In this document: in pieces, positions 38,932-51,000 of the stretch
How the letters are laid out: each line of letters begins with the position of its first letter
Position numbering within the stretch: the stretch's first letter is position 1
NCBI GenBank assembly: GCA_002269645.1
Contig: NIVC01002503.1
Location: 102,728 to 166,727 of the forward strand
Origin: Macrostomum lignano
Taxonomy: Eukaryota
Direction: 5' to 3'
Length of the DNA stretch: 64,000 bases
Made by a program: the position numbers and the translations under genes
Notes under the pieces: generated by a model
Told to the model about the DNA's origin: nothing
The model's database searches: none
Seen by the model: only the letters and a program-made list of their open reading frames with translations

Positions 38932-41200
38932 CATAGACATAGATAATAGCCATCTCAAACTGGTAGACAGACATAAAATTGATACACAACCATATCTTTA
39001 TATTTAATATTTACTATATTTAATTGTGGTAACTAATGAAGTCATTATTTTTTGTAAAATAATTAAATGTTCCAAAACTAGAGGATATTCAAATATGTCT
39101 AATTTTTTATTATAAAAAAAACTAGTTATGACAAAGATATGATAATAAAAATATACAATTTTGTAGTCCCTTTGTTTGTGCATTTAAGGCCTAAGACAAA
39201 CTTTTGCAAGAAAAGTTGCAAATGTTCTTGGTTTTTTTAGATGCACTTGATCTATGGTCAGGATTATATGCCATTGTATACCAGAACAGAAATTGTTTCC
39301 CTAGCTCATGTATGCCAAACAATAATGTGCCAATGGACTTTTATTGGACATAAATCTGCTAAAACAAGAATTTAAAAAATATGATTAATATTTATTGCTT
39401 GCAAATTTTAATATTAAAATATTGATTAGTAAAAACTGATTAATTTTATACTAAACAATAAAAAACTTAGCTAGTTTATTTTAAATATTTTTGTTTTACT
39501 TTTCAATTCTTAGAAAAGTTTATCACAATTTTTTAAATCAAGTTTTTTGTTTATTTTAGCAATAGCTAGGGACTTGCTTTTTGATCAAAATTTAGCACCT
39601 CTAACTTAATTATGTATATGGATATTATGCAAAACTTGTTGCGTACATATGGTTCTAACTGCTGTCTTGGTATACCAAGTTATATGCCAAGTTATATGCC
39701 AATGGTATACTCTAGGTGGGTATACATGCTAGAATTTTCTATTATACATGTATACCATCTAGAGTCTAGTATTATTAACATTTAGGCTAGCTCTCATTGA
39801 AGTCATAAGTGAATGTGTAGCACTTATATTTCAACATACACATAAGTCAGTTAGAGTAAAAGTCACACAAAGCAATTATGAGTTATGACATAATCAATTT
39901 CTTAGGCAAGTCAGTACTAGTCTCTATTAAAGTTAACAATATGGTTACACAATATAAATGAAGTATTATGCTATGCTTTTGCACTTAATGCTATTATGCA
40001 ATTCAATTCAATGTCAAAATTTAGCCAATACACAAAACATAGTCCAGATCATGCTGGGTGCATGCCTAAACAAAAATTGAATAATTACACTTGTATGCCA
40101 AAAAATTAGTGCATGCCTATTCATTCTCAAAAATACACTAGTGTTACAACAATAAATGACCTTTTTTAATTGCATAATAGACCCTTATTAGCAGATAATT
40201 TGGTTGATTTTTATGTTTTTTGGCAATACTATTTACAGCTAAAAAATTGATATAGGCCTATGAAAATATTTGTTTAAATGCTTTTTTACGAGCTTGAAAA
40301 AACTGGAAAGCTTGAAATTTAGGTATACTTACATTTTTTCTTTTTTTTCTACTTCACAACCAGGATGGAATTCTTGCACAAAAATTGGAATGCATTTTTA
40401 TGTTTGGGAAAAAAATTGCGAAAAATTGCGTACCTGTACAGGCTGCAAAAATGCAACAAAAATTTCGAATTATTTTGCAACTGTTTGCACAGTTTAAATT
40501 ACTAACTTTACAGTACTAAATGTAGAATTACTACAAAAACGTAACATTTTATAGTTCATTATTTACAAACTGTTCAAATTTATTTTTTTACTTAAAAAAA
40601 CTAAGATAATCAGTCTTATATTTATTGTAACGAGTTGTCTAAAAATGAGAGTATAAGACTATTGCAAAACATTATTTTCAAAATTGGTAATGCCAAAAAT
40701 TGCACCACTAAATTTTGTTTAAGATTGTAAAAATTGCGTTTGGTTCAATATAGAATTGCGTGCCAAAAAAAAGTTGCAATTTTCTATTTTATATACTAGA
40801 TGCAAGAATTCCATGCTGGCTTCACAATAGGCCCCTAACTCTTACATGTGATTCTATAAAATGCACACCAATGCATGCCCAAATTTTTGAGTGTATAGGC
40901 CCTACTACATGATCCAAAGTGTGGCTTAAATAAAATAGGGCTAATTGTAACAATAATATAAAATATAATGTTAGGCCTAGGCTATGCCTATAATGGCTAT
41001 ATGACAGAATCATGTCTTGGCCTAGCCTAGGGCCTAGTTGCCAATGATTTTTTTCAAAAATAAAAAATTAAAGTAGGCAGGTAGGCCTAGCCCTAGGCTA
41101 ATATCAGTATCATATCATATGCCTAGGGTGAGGGCTAGGCCTACACTTAAACCATAAACACACAGGAAATATAGCTAGAACTAGGCCTATAAGTATAACC

Positions 41201-41623
41201 GGCAAAGTCCTACTTTGCTGCGTTAAATTATTTTGACAATAAAAAGTTAAAATCACGCTAATTAGAGTTACAGTTACACCACTGTGAAACACCGTCTGCA
41301 CTTTGTCGACCCTAACGACCCCACCGTGCACACCAACACCATTGAGGGATCGTGGGCACATGTCAAGGACAAATTCCGAAGGATGCATGGCACGAGTGAT
41401 GCACTGTTCGAGACTCACCTGAATGAGTTCCTCTGGCGCCGCCTCTTCCCGGAGAAGACGTTCGGCAACTTCATGTACTAGGTTGCTCACTACTATTAAT
41501 TGCTGACATGGGCCTACTCTAACTACTCTCCTAACTCTACTCCAGTGTAACTGTAACTCTAATTAGCGTGATTTTAACTTTTTATCGTCAAAATAATTTA
41601 ACGCAGCAAAGTAGGACTTTGCC
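41201..41623 (+). mobile_element. Internally deleted Merlin (IS1595/ISXO2-like) DNA transposon, 423 bp
   Basis: About 79-bp TIRs starting GGCAAAGTCCTACTTTGCTG. 8-bp TSD GTATAACC. Transposase C-terminal remnant. Confidence 0.9.
41284..41481 (+). pseudogene. Merlin transposase C-terminal fragment
   Basis: FVDP..VHTNTIEGSWAHVK...HGT...HLNEFLWRR is the characteristic ISXO2/Merlin motif. Confidence 0.85.
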
Positions 41624-42280
41624 GTATAACCTAGCTAGATTCTAGATTCCAGAATGCTAGAATTTTAGAATGCTTGTTTAACACCTAAGCCCTATTTAAC
41701 AATAGGTTTATACTTTTGGAATTAACAATAACAATAAATTTAACATATCTATATACTAGATTGGATTGGATAAGGCCTATTGGATAATTGCCAATATTTT
41801 CAATTATATTATACGATTGTACATATTATCTGCCAAATCGAATCTTAGGCAATAGCTTATTCAAATTTAATCAAGTTTATATAGTTGATGGATTCAAGCA
41901 CGTACTCGCTGGATTGTTGAGACAGAAAACGCAATTCAAGGCGTTATGATTCAATGAGTGAGTGGTGCAATACTATTTAGAAAACATTGCGACATTTCCA
42001 GGAAAATGATTAAAATAGAGAGCGAAAAATTAGAAAAAAAAGTTCTTCACGATCTAGTATTTGATTATGTAAAACATCGTTTCTTATTTCGAATCTATTA
42101 GTTTATTACTTTTATTTATAGAGTTGTCATAATATGTTTTGTTTTAGCTTACTATCCTAGTCGCCACGTCATTGATAAAACATGCATGATCAATGGCGGA
42201 ATACATGCATGGAATATAAAATGGTAAAAAAGCTACTACAACGCACAAAGTTTAACAACTTGCCGTTGTTTTCCTGCATA

Positions 42281-44602
42281 TGATGTAACCGCCCTTGTCG
42301 CCTGTCCGCCCCGTAGAGAGACGAACGCATGGCTAGAGGGGGCAATGACCGTAGGCTGCCTATGACCGGGCAATGACCTGACGGACCTCCAGCACCAGAC
42401 TGTCCCGCCCACATGATTAGTAGCTTTGGTAGCGCTTCGTGACCAGAGGGCCAAGGACCCACATGGACCCCACCTGTAGCCAAGGTGCAATAGTTGGTCA
42501 CTCGGTCATGGTATGACCGAGTGGCTGCCACCACTCTATGTGACCTGGCGCACCTGGATCTTTCTACCAGACCTCTCGAGGCTAGAGCCCCGCCTGGATT
42601 GGTTACCAGGGGATTTAGGCTAACAGGGGAGACGCATGCAGCCGAGTACAGGGACTCTGCTTGGGGCATGATCGGGAACTCTGGGCTCAATCCTGGAGGA
42701 TTTCTCAGCAGGGGATCCTTTGTGGCTGTGAGCGAGGCTGACTTGCGACTTTGATTACTAAGAGTAGTATGAGGCGAACATGTACTGTCTACAGTTTAGA
42801 TTGCTCAGGGCGAAGGGACGCGTTAGCATGGGGTTGCAACCTTCCTACTGCCATTCTGTGCCAAGACTCGCTAATCCCTCTACTGCACGCACACGCGGCC
42901 CCGCAGCACGCACTCACAGGCGGGCTTTGCACGGGGAGAGGCCATTAGCTTACCCAAACTTCCTTATGCTTTGCCACCCCGGGAGAAAGGCTTAGCAAGC
43001 CATGAGTGAAATGATGGTGAAAGATTGAATAATGATGAAGTTAGTTAATAGTTAATAATTAGGCCCTTAGGCAAATAAGCAGGCAATTAGGCGGCTTCAC
43101 TATTGAGTAAAATACAGCAAAAGATACGGTATCACAATTGGCTCAGCTCTCTAATCAGACAATGGAAAATAGGCAAACCCCGGATAAGCAAAGGCAATTA
43201 GAGCACAAATTAGTAGTAGGAACTTACCGGCAGCTGCACAGAGAGAGAGAGAGGCGGAGTGACCGAGGGCGGCTGTAGGCTGCAGTCAGGCAGACGGTGA
43301 AGCGGCGATGCGCTGGAGCGACGAGGCGCTGATGTAGATCAGGCGATGCTGATGATGCTGGGCGGTATCAGACCGCTGGCCGATAGGCGAGCTCACTTGG
43401 GGAGCTAAGGATAACTTGGCGGTAACAGACCGCGGACCGGCAGGGATTCGTCTTATAGACGAATGGGTCAGAACTCAATCTGACAGCAAGTCCAAAGAAG
43501 GACGAGGAGAGGAACAGAGATAAACTCAGTTGAGTATTCTCATGCCGAAATCGCTTCCTTTTATAGACCTCACAGCCGCCTCCTCAAGGTCGTTACCATG
43601 GCTCCCTCTCTCTGATTGGCTGCCGGCAGAATGACGTCAGAATGAGTCATGATGAGAAGCATGAGACCGGCATAGCAACATGAGAAATCGGGAAATTGCG
43701 CAATCCGGAGGTGGGGTGGGGGGATAATTGGCGCAGCGGGTGGTCGCGAAAGTGTTGCGCAAGCAAACATTGAGAACAATAGGGCTGGGGTCGAGAACAA
43801 AGGAATTGGAAATCGGGGATAATTGGGGAAAACTGAGAACAATGGAAAAGTAAACATTGGAGAAAAGGTGATAATTAGGTGCGAAAACGAGAACAAAAGA
43901 AAGAGAAAATCGGAGAAAATGTGATAATTGGTGGGGGTCGAGAGAACAAAAGAAGTAAAAACGAGAACAATAGAAGCGGAGGTGGGGTGGTTGTCGCATG
44001 AGAAATTTGGGGAGGAGAACAATAGCATGAGAAAAGGTTGCGCAAGAGAGGGGGATGAGTCATCGATGAGTCATCGGGGGGAAGAAGGGGTCACACGACT
44101 TGCGTCACCGTTTGGGAGTTTGGGAGGGGATGGGGAGACGGTGAGCACACAAAATACTGTAAGTAGACACAGAGAAGGAGGGGACAGCGCAGGAAAAAAA
44201 GTGCAGAGAGAGATAAAAAGAGGGGGGAAAGGGAAAGTACAGGAAGAATAGGGCGGAAACAGAAGAGATAGGGTAGAGGGGGAGGTACAGAAAGGGGTAG
44301 GGGGCTCCGGAAAGGCAGGTGTGGCGGCAGGAGAGACGGGACCAAGGCAGCAGGAGGGGTGCAGCAGAGCGGGAGTCTCCAGGCCCGGTCGGAGACCTGG
44401 CCGAGTCTCGACAGCTCTGTGCAGAGGGTGCACGGGATAGGAGGCACTTTCGAAAAAGTTCCCATGCCCTATCCCGCGACCAGAGCGTGGTTACATCACA
44501 CCCCCACTGCCTTTTGTGACGGAACTGGTTCCGTCATCATCACTGCCCAACATGGAACCACACAGACGGGAGCGGGATCTCAACCGAACGTGAAATCACA
44601 GA
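42281..44602 (-). repeat. 3' LTR of element A (at least 2.3 kb; right boundary undetermined)
   Basis: Matches 61693-64000 with scattered substitutions and homopolymer indels. Confidence 0.85.
43521..44075 (-). promoter_or_regulatory. Putative LTR A promoter/enhancer
   Basis: Minus-strand TATAAAA at 43559-43565 with an Inr-like motif 25 nt downstream. CRE (43632-39), AP-1 (43643-49, 44056-62, 44067-73), C/EBP palindrome (43695-704) and repeated GAGAACAA. Confidence 0.5.
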
Positions 44603-45319
44603 ATTAACAAACCGCGAGCGGGAATGGAAAAAGGCGATAAAATAGAGGGGATAGCAATAAATTCACAAAACGAGATACATAGGTTGAAGTGCAATACAGA
44701 ATTTCAAAAATTTCAACTGTTGCTGTGGCTAAAGTGGGAGGGGGGAAACACAGACAGCGCAATAGTAGGGAGAAAAATAGCGAATTGTCAACAATAAATT
44801 ATCATAATTGGATAGAAGCGCAGCTGGGAAAGAGAGGAAACGGGGAAGGGTGAGGGAAGTGGGGAAAAAGAAGGGGGGAAGGGTTGCTAGCACACAGCCA
44901 AGGGCAGAGCCTCGGGGAGAATGACAATTACACAGGGGAAAAATACTAATGCAGCGCAGTAAATTAATAAGCTAATTTCGCCGGGAGTTCAACCGCACGG
45001 AGGCCTAGCGTCCTTGAAGGCTCGGACCCCGCTTCAGCCAGTCAGAGGGCTTCGGGGCGATCGGTTGTAGGCTGGGAGGCGCCGCGCCGTGCGCTGGCCA
45101 CTGTATAAAAGGTGCCACTGATAACGGGAGCCGGCTGCCTGCAACCTACACGGAGTCGCAGTTTCCAACCAAGGCACTCAGCGCGATTTTCCAAACTATA
45201 CAACTACTCGGTAAGTCCCATCACCAACCTGATTTCCTTTCGCCTATACGTTAAACGAAATCCACCCACTTGCCATGCCTTTCATATTAAACTGAGCCAA
45301 CTGTAGTAGTACAATATGT

Positions 45320-46149
45320 TGTGACGTTGTCAGTTTAAGGTGGTCCCGAAAAGGGCCGTTGGACTGCTGTTCTCCATAGTCATTCAACCCTTCAGTTTCA
45401 CCGTTTCAACTAAACTTTTCCATTCGTTTATTGCGACGTTTACTTGTAGTAGTGCCCAACGATTTTGTGGCAATTTCTAATTCACTGTATATTTTGCTAT
45501 CCTCTCTCGCGACCGTATAAAATTGGCACGATCGATAATTTTAAGTTCTCTCGCCAGCCAATGAAATCACTCGTGCTCGCGCTACCCCCCTCTGCGCTCT
45601 TTTATTAAACCCCCGCCTGGCGGCGGGCACCCCTCACCCCCCTTTTTCGTCTCTCCCCGCTTGTCCCTTGTTTCCTTCCCTGCGGCCTCTTAGCTGTCTT
45701 ATCTGTTTGTCTGGCTGCCTCGAGCCTCCTTATTTCTCACCACGGCCCTTCTGTCTGGGCCAGCCTGCTCACACACTTACTTGACTGTTTCACGCCACGA
45801 CCGACGCCTACTCACCACTACGTTTCACTGCCTTCACGGTGCTCATAGCCACTGCTCACGTCACGTCGCCATTGTGTCATTCGCCTGCCACTTGACTTCA
45901 TATCCAAATTATATTCAACCCATTGCTGCAGCCGCCAGTGCCCAGAAAGCTATAGTCTGTTTATTGCCAGTAACAACCAAACTTAATACTGATATTAACA
46001 ATAAAGACAACTACGGCAGTTCCTGCCTTTATCGCCAAGTGCTCCGCTACAAAATCCGCTTTACAAGAATTGACTTCAACTTATTTCGGGACTAAAACGG
46101 CCCTTTTAAGGGTCACCGCATAGCTGGCCGCTACGCCAATAACGTGACA
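45320..46149 (+). repeat. 5' LTR of element B (830 bp)
   Basis: Direct repeat of 54843-55673. Confidence 0.96.
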
Positions 46150-46155
46150 TAATTT

Positions 46156-46172
46156 TGGAGGTCCCACCGAGA
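46156..46172 (+). promoter_or_regulatory. Primer-binding site, tRNA-Gln
   Basis: TGGAGGTCCCACCGAGA is the complement of the recalled metazoan tRNA-Gln 3' end (…TCTCGGTGGGACCTCCA). Confidence 0.85.
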
Positions 46173-46440
46173 CTCCTACTCAGCACTGCCGGCTCGCAAC
46201 TAAGTCAGCACCACCGAGACTCCTACTCAGCACTGCCGGCTCGCAACTAAGTCAGCACCACCGAGACTCCTACTCAGCACTGCCGGCTCGCAACTAAGTC
46301 AGTGCCATCAAGACTTCTGCTCAGCCCTGCCAGCTCGTAATCAGCGCCATCAAGACTTCTGCTCAGCCCTGCCAGCTCGCAACCAAGCGTCAGCAAGATT
46401 CTGCTCAGCTCTGCCGGCTCGTGACTGAGTGCCGGCCTGC
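46164..46440 (+). repeat. 47-bp tandem repeat in the element B leader
   Basis: Units start at 46164, 46211 and 46258, followed by diverged copies. Confidence 0.8.
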
Positions 46441-46918
46441 CACGTTTCTGCCTGACGGTCCGCAAGGCTGCGAGAGCCTGTGCCACGCCTGAGGTTCGGT
46501 CCGCAAGGCTACGAGAGCCTGTGCCACGTCAGGCCCAGGGGTCCTGACTGCTCGGCCGGTCTTCGCTCGTCGCCGCGAGTCGTCGCTGGTCGTCGCCCTG
46601 AGCAACGCGCGCTGTCAACTGCGTTGAGCTCGAGCTTACGCTCTGCCAAGATAGCTCCGCTGCGTGTGCCAAGCCACGCCAGGTTACGCTGTGCGCTGAT
46701 TGTTTGTAGGGACTATTGCCTGACAGTTAGTCTGGGTGGTTTGCGTGATAGGACTCTCCCCTATTATAGGCTTTTTGCGGTTTGCCCCTGTCAGGCACGT
46801 ATTTTGTTAGTAGGACGCAATCTCTCTCGTCTCTCTCGCGTCATCAACCTCAATTCGTTTTCTCTGGAGCCTTATTTTCGTTCACGCTTGATTCATTTGT
46901 CTCACTCAACCTTACACA

Positions 46919-48040
46919 ATGTCCGACAACGGGGACAACCATGCCGCAGCGTCATTGGCTGACGGAGATGCCGCCGTGCCAGATCAGGACGCAGTCGATG
47001 CCGGCGAGCAGCCAGCAGGCGCAGCTGCTGCCGCCGCGCCAGCTCCTAGTGAGCAACTCTTGTTGACTCAAACCTTAGCCTCTCTTCACCGGATGCTCGA
47101 AGAGCGTCTCGCTGTTTCCTCGCCATTAGCGCCAAATTCCTCGCCGCCTGCGAAGCCAGACATACGCCTTCGCCCTCCAATCGCTTATCAGCCGAAGATG
47201 AACTTTGATACGTGGGAAGCTCAGCTTACTTCGTATCTAGCCACTTGCCGCGTTCCTGAGGACCAGAAGTCCGCCATTCTCGTATCTTTGCTGTCAGCCG
47301 AATGCCAAGAGGTATATCTTAATTACCGGTGTGACCAGTTGCCTTTCGAATCTGCGCTTCGGCTGCTCAGGGAAAGGTACACCGATGCCAAGAAGAAGGA
47401 CAAGGCCTACGTAGAATTAGTTGCTGCCGCCCAATCTCATAATGAGCAGATGTCTGATTTCTTCGACAGACTGGTCTCCTATTCTAGACTAGCGGGTCTC
47501 TCGCTCGCTGAAGCGAAGCCCCTACTCAAGGCCAGATTCTGCCATGGGCTGAGGGATAAGGACCTCGCCGAAAAGCTCCTCTTATGGGATCAGGAAACCG
47601 ACAGTGCCACCTCTGCAGAAGAGCTGATGCAGAAGGCCAAAGATCTTGTCGGGGTCCGCCAGCTTCTGAACGTGCCTTCTACTATAGCCAAGGTTCGTGC
47701 CATAGAACCTGACGCTGAGAAGAAAGCGTTAGAACAGAGGGTCGCTGAGCTTGAGAAGATGGTGACCGACCAAGCCAATAGATTAAGCCAGACCACTCCG
47801 CCTGTCACTACCAATCAGGGGCCCGCTCGCACAGAGCCCACTGGGGGCCCACCACAAGTTAGCCAAACCTATAGACAACCTAGGCCAGCTCCTCGCCCTC
47901 CGCGGGCTTGCCATCGATGCGGCCAGACCGATCACCTGATCGCTGACTGTCCATCGCCCTCGCCGAGGCCACAGTCGCCAAAGCAGCCCCGGGGAGCCAA
48001 AATCAGCAGCCCAGCCGTGGAAAAGTCACGACTGAACTAG
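46919..48040 (+). CDS. Gag of element B, 373 aa, one CCHC knuckle
   Basis: Capsid-like region (FDTWEAQL...ARFCHGL), a coiled-coil, and CHRCGQTDHLIADC. Confidence 0.92.
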   Translation: MSDNGDNHAAASLADGDAAVPDQDAVDAGEQPAGAAAAAAPAPSEQLLLTQTLASLHRMLEERLAVSSPLAPNSSPPAKPDIRLRPPIAYQPKMNFDTWEAQLTSYLATCRVPEDQKSAILVSLLSAECQEVYLNYRCDQLPFESALRLLRERYTDAKKKDKAYVELVAAAQSHNEQMSDFFDRLVSYSRLAGLSLAEAKPLLKARFCHGLRDKDLAEKLLLWDQETDSATSAEELMQKAKDLVGVRQLLNVPSTIAKVRAIEPDAEKKALEQRVAELEKMVTDQANRLSQTTPPVTTNQGPARTEPTGGPPQVSQTYRQPRPAPRPPRACHRCGQTDHLIADCPSPSPRPQSPKQPRGAKISSPAVEKSRLN

Positions 48041-51000
48041 GAACCATTGCCACATGGTCTCAGAATTACGGGTTCATCCAATCTGAGCACCTGCCAGAGA
48101 AATTGTTCGTTCACATTAGCCAACTGTCTCCCAGCCTGCGTAGCCTAGTCGAGCAGCACCGCCTTAGGGGGACTAGGGTGAAATTCCAGCGCCAGGTCGA
48201 CCCCGGGCGCCAGCACGACAAGGCCTGTAATGTGCAACCTCAGCCAGGGGACAGTGATCCACAATGCCGACAAGGGGGGTACACAGCTGACACCTTTGAG
48301 TCTAGCTATTTCGTGCAGCTAGGAGTAGGAGACTCTAAAGTTCTGGCCTGTCTAGACTCAGGCGCCAATGCCAGCATCATGGGTGCTGACGTGAAAGCCA
48401 AACTGGTCGCAGCTGACCCCGTCAATAACATATTCACGCCTAGTGCCAATAAGCAGCGTGCCACCGCCTTCGGCGGCTCTCAGGTAGACATCCTAGGGTC
48501 GCTACGCTGCGAAATCAACTTAGGTAATACGACTAAACAACATGTATTCCTAGTCACTGCTTACTGTACCACGGAAGCCCTGTTAGGCATGGATTTCCTG
48601 CGCAGCTTCGAGATGCTGCTAGACTTCAACTCTGGCCGAGCTTTAGTAGCAGGGGTGTCGGTACCAGTCATTGAGGGGGACAAGGGGATTTTCCAACTCC
48701 GACGAGTGATGGCCGCCGGCACCGTAGAATTGCCCCCGCACTCGGAAACCTTGATCCCCAGTCGTGTCCTCGACTCTTCGCCGTACACCTCCGGTATAGT
48801 CATGTCCCGGATCCTCGGACCAGAGACCGAACAGTTGGTAGCCAAGACTCTAGACTCAGTTAGCGATACTAACCACATACTAGTGCGCGTGCTCAACAGT
48901 GGGGAACAGCCTATTCAGATAACTAGGGGGCAAGAAATTGCCTCATTCCAGGAATTAGATAGTCATGAGGTCATAGCTCAGACGACCCTGAAGGAGTCTG
49001 ACTTTAGCCTGGACAATGTAGCTAACCTCACCAGCCAACTCAGTAAGCTGCCGCCGCCTAGTAGGGAGTTAGCCAAATGGCTGACAACGCAGTTCCAACT
49101 AGACCAAGCCAAATTGTCTAGGGGCCAACTCGCCACCGTTTTGAAACTGCTCAACTACTTCAATAGCCAAATTTCTAGATCAAACGCAGATTTAGGCCAC
49201 ACCAATTTACACGAGATGGGCATAGAGTTAATAGATCCTAAGGCCAAGCCTGTTGCGCAACCATACAGGCGCACCACGCCAGCACAAAAAGAATTCTTAG
49301 ACCAGAACATAGCGCAGATGCTCGAACAGGGGGTCATTGAGGAGTGTGACTCTGACTGGGTGTCGCCTATCGTTCTGGTCAAGAAGAAGGACGGCACTCA
49401 ACGCCTTTGCATAGACTATAGGGCCGTCAATAAGCTCATCAAGCCGTGTAGCTTCCCTCTGCCACTCATAGAAGAATCTTTTGACAGCCTTGCCGGGGCC
49501 ACTGTATTCTCTAGCCTTGACCTGACCTCCGCGTACTGGCAGGTAGGGATCAAAGAGGAGGCTAGAGATTACACCGCCTTTGCCTGCCCCCAAGGCACCT
49601 TCCGCTGGAAGGTAGTACCATTCGGGATCAAGACGGCACCTGCCAATTTCGCGAAACTGATGCACAAGGTGTTTAGACCTCTCCTGATGAAGGTCAGCCT
49701 CATCTATTTAGACGACATTATCATTAAGGCTGTCAACAACGACCAAATGATCGCGCATCTCGCGCTGGTCCTCTGGCAGCTTAGAAAAGCCGGTCTCAAA
49801 ATTAAGCCGTCTAAGTGTGAGCTGTTTAAGGACAAGGTCGCATTCCTGGGGTTCGTTGTGTCTAGCCGGGGCATTGAGGCTGACCCAGCGAAGACTCAGG
49901 CTGTCCAAGACTGGCCTAAACCGCTTTCTAAGAAACAGCTTCTATCATTCTTGGGATTTGCGAATTATTACCGGAAATTCGTGCCGCGATTCTCAATCAT
50001 CGCCACGCCTTTGTATGCCTTAGCCAAAAAGGATGCTCCGTTTCTATGGCAACCGCATCATGAACGGGCTTTCCAAGAACTCAAACATAGCCTCTGTTCA
50101 CCACCGATTCTGGCGTATCCAGACCTCTCTGCCAAAGGGCGCGAATTTATTTTGGACTGCGATAGCTCGCTTGACGGCACTGGGGGTGTGCTGTACCAGC
50201 TCGGGCCAGATGGCCAAGAGCAAGTTATAGCTTACGCATCCAAAAAATTCAACAGTAGCCAGAGAAACTACTGCGCCACCATGAGGGAGTTGCTAGGGCT
50301 CGTTCTGATGCTCGAGCATTTCCGTCCTTATCTATTAGACAAGCCTTTCACTGTCCGGGTGGACGCGGCCGCGCTCAAATGGCTGCATTCTAAGAAGCAT
50401 GCCACTGGTATGCTGGCCCAATGGCTTGCCACCATTGAACTGTACCCGCTGAAGGTCCAGCAGTCCACTCTAGAACGAATAGCCGAATACGATTTCACAG
50501 TCCAGTACCGTCCAGGCGTTGACCACGTGCCTGCTGACGCTCTTAGTAGACTGCCAAAATTCAGAGCCGATCACTTTGACTGCCCGACGTGCAGCCAGAT
50601 TCCGGAATTTAAAGGGAAATTCCTGGACCAAGACCCAAAGCACCGGCGTACGCCCCCCTCTAGAGAACTGCGTCAGGTGTGCGTCCAGACCATAGGCATT
50701 AGCGTAGCGTGTCAGACTGACACAGATGCCCCGGCTGAACCAACGCCGAATGTCCGCGCTACTGCTAGCGGTGCTGTTCCTAGCCCAGAGACTGAATCCC
50801 GTCAACCTGAAACCGAATCCCAAGTGCCACCTGAGCTCATCTGGGCCCAGAATGCCCAGGACTCCTGTGTTGACATGGCGCGCCTAATCGCCAGTGTCCA
50901 GTGTAAGACTGAGCCATTGTCCAAGGCCGAACTGCAGGGTTGTAGCCGGGAAATGCGCTCACTCTGGGCTCAATTCAATGACCTTGAAGTAGTCGAGGGT

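Noticed and set aside
42190-44607. Short ORFs in LTR A, duplicated at 61633-63990
   Set aside because: They lie within the LTR, have no domain signal, and are disrupted by indels between the two copies.
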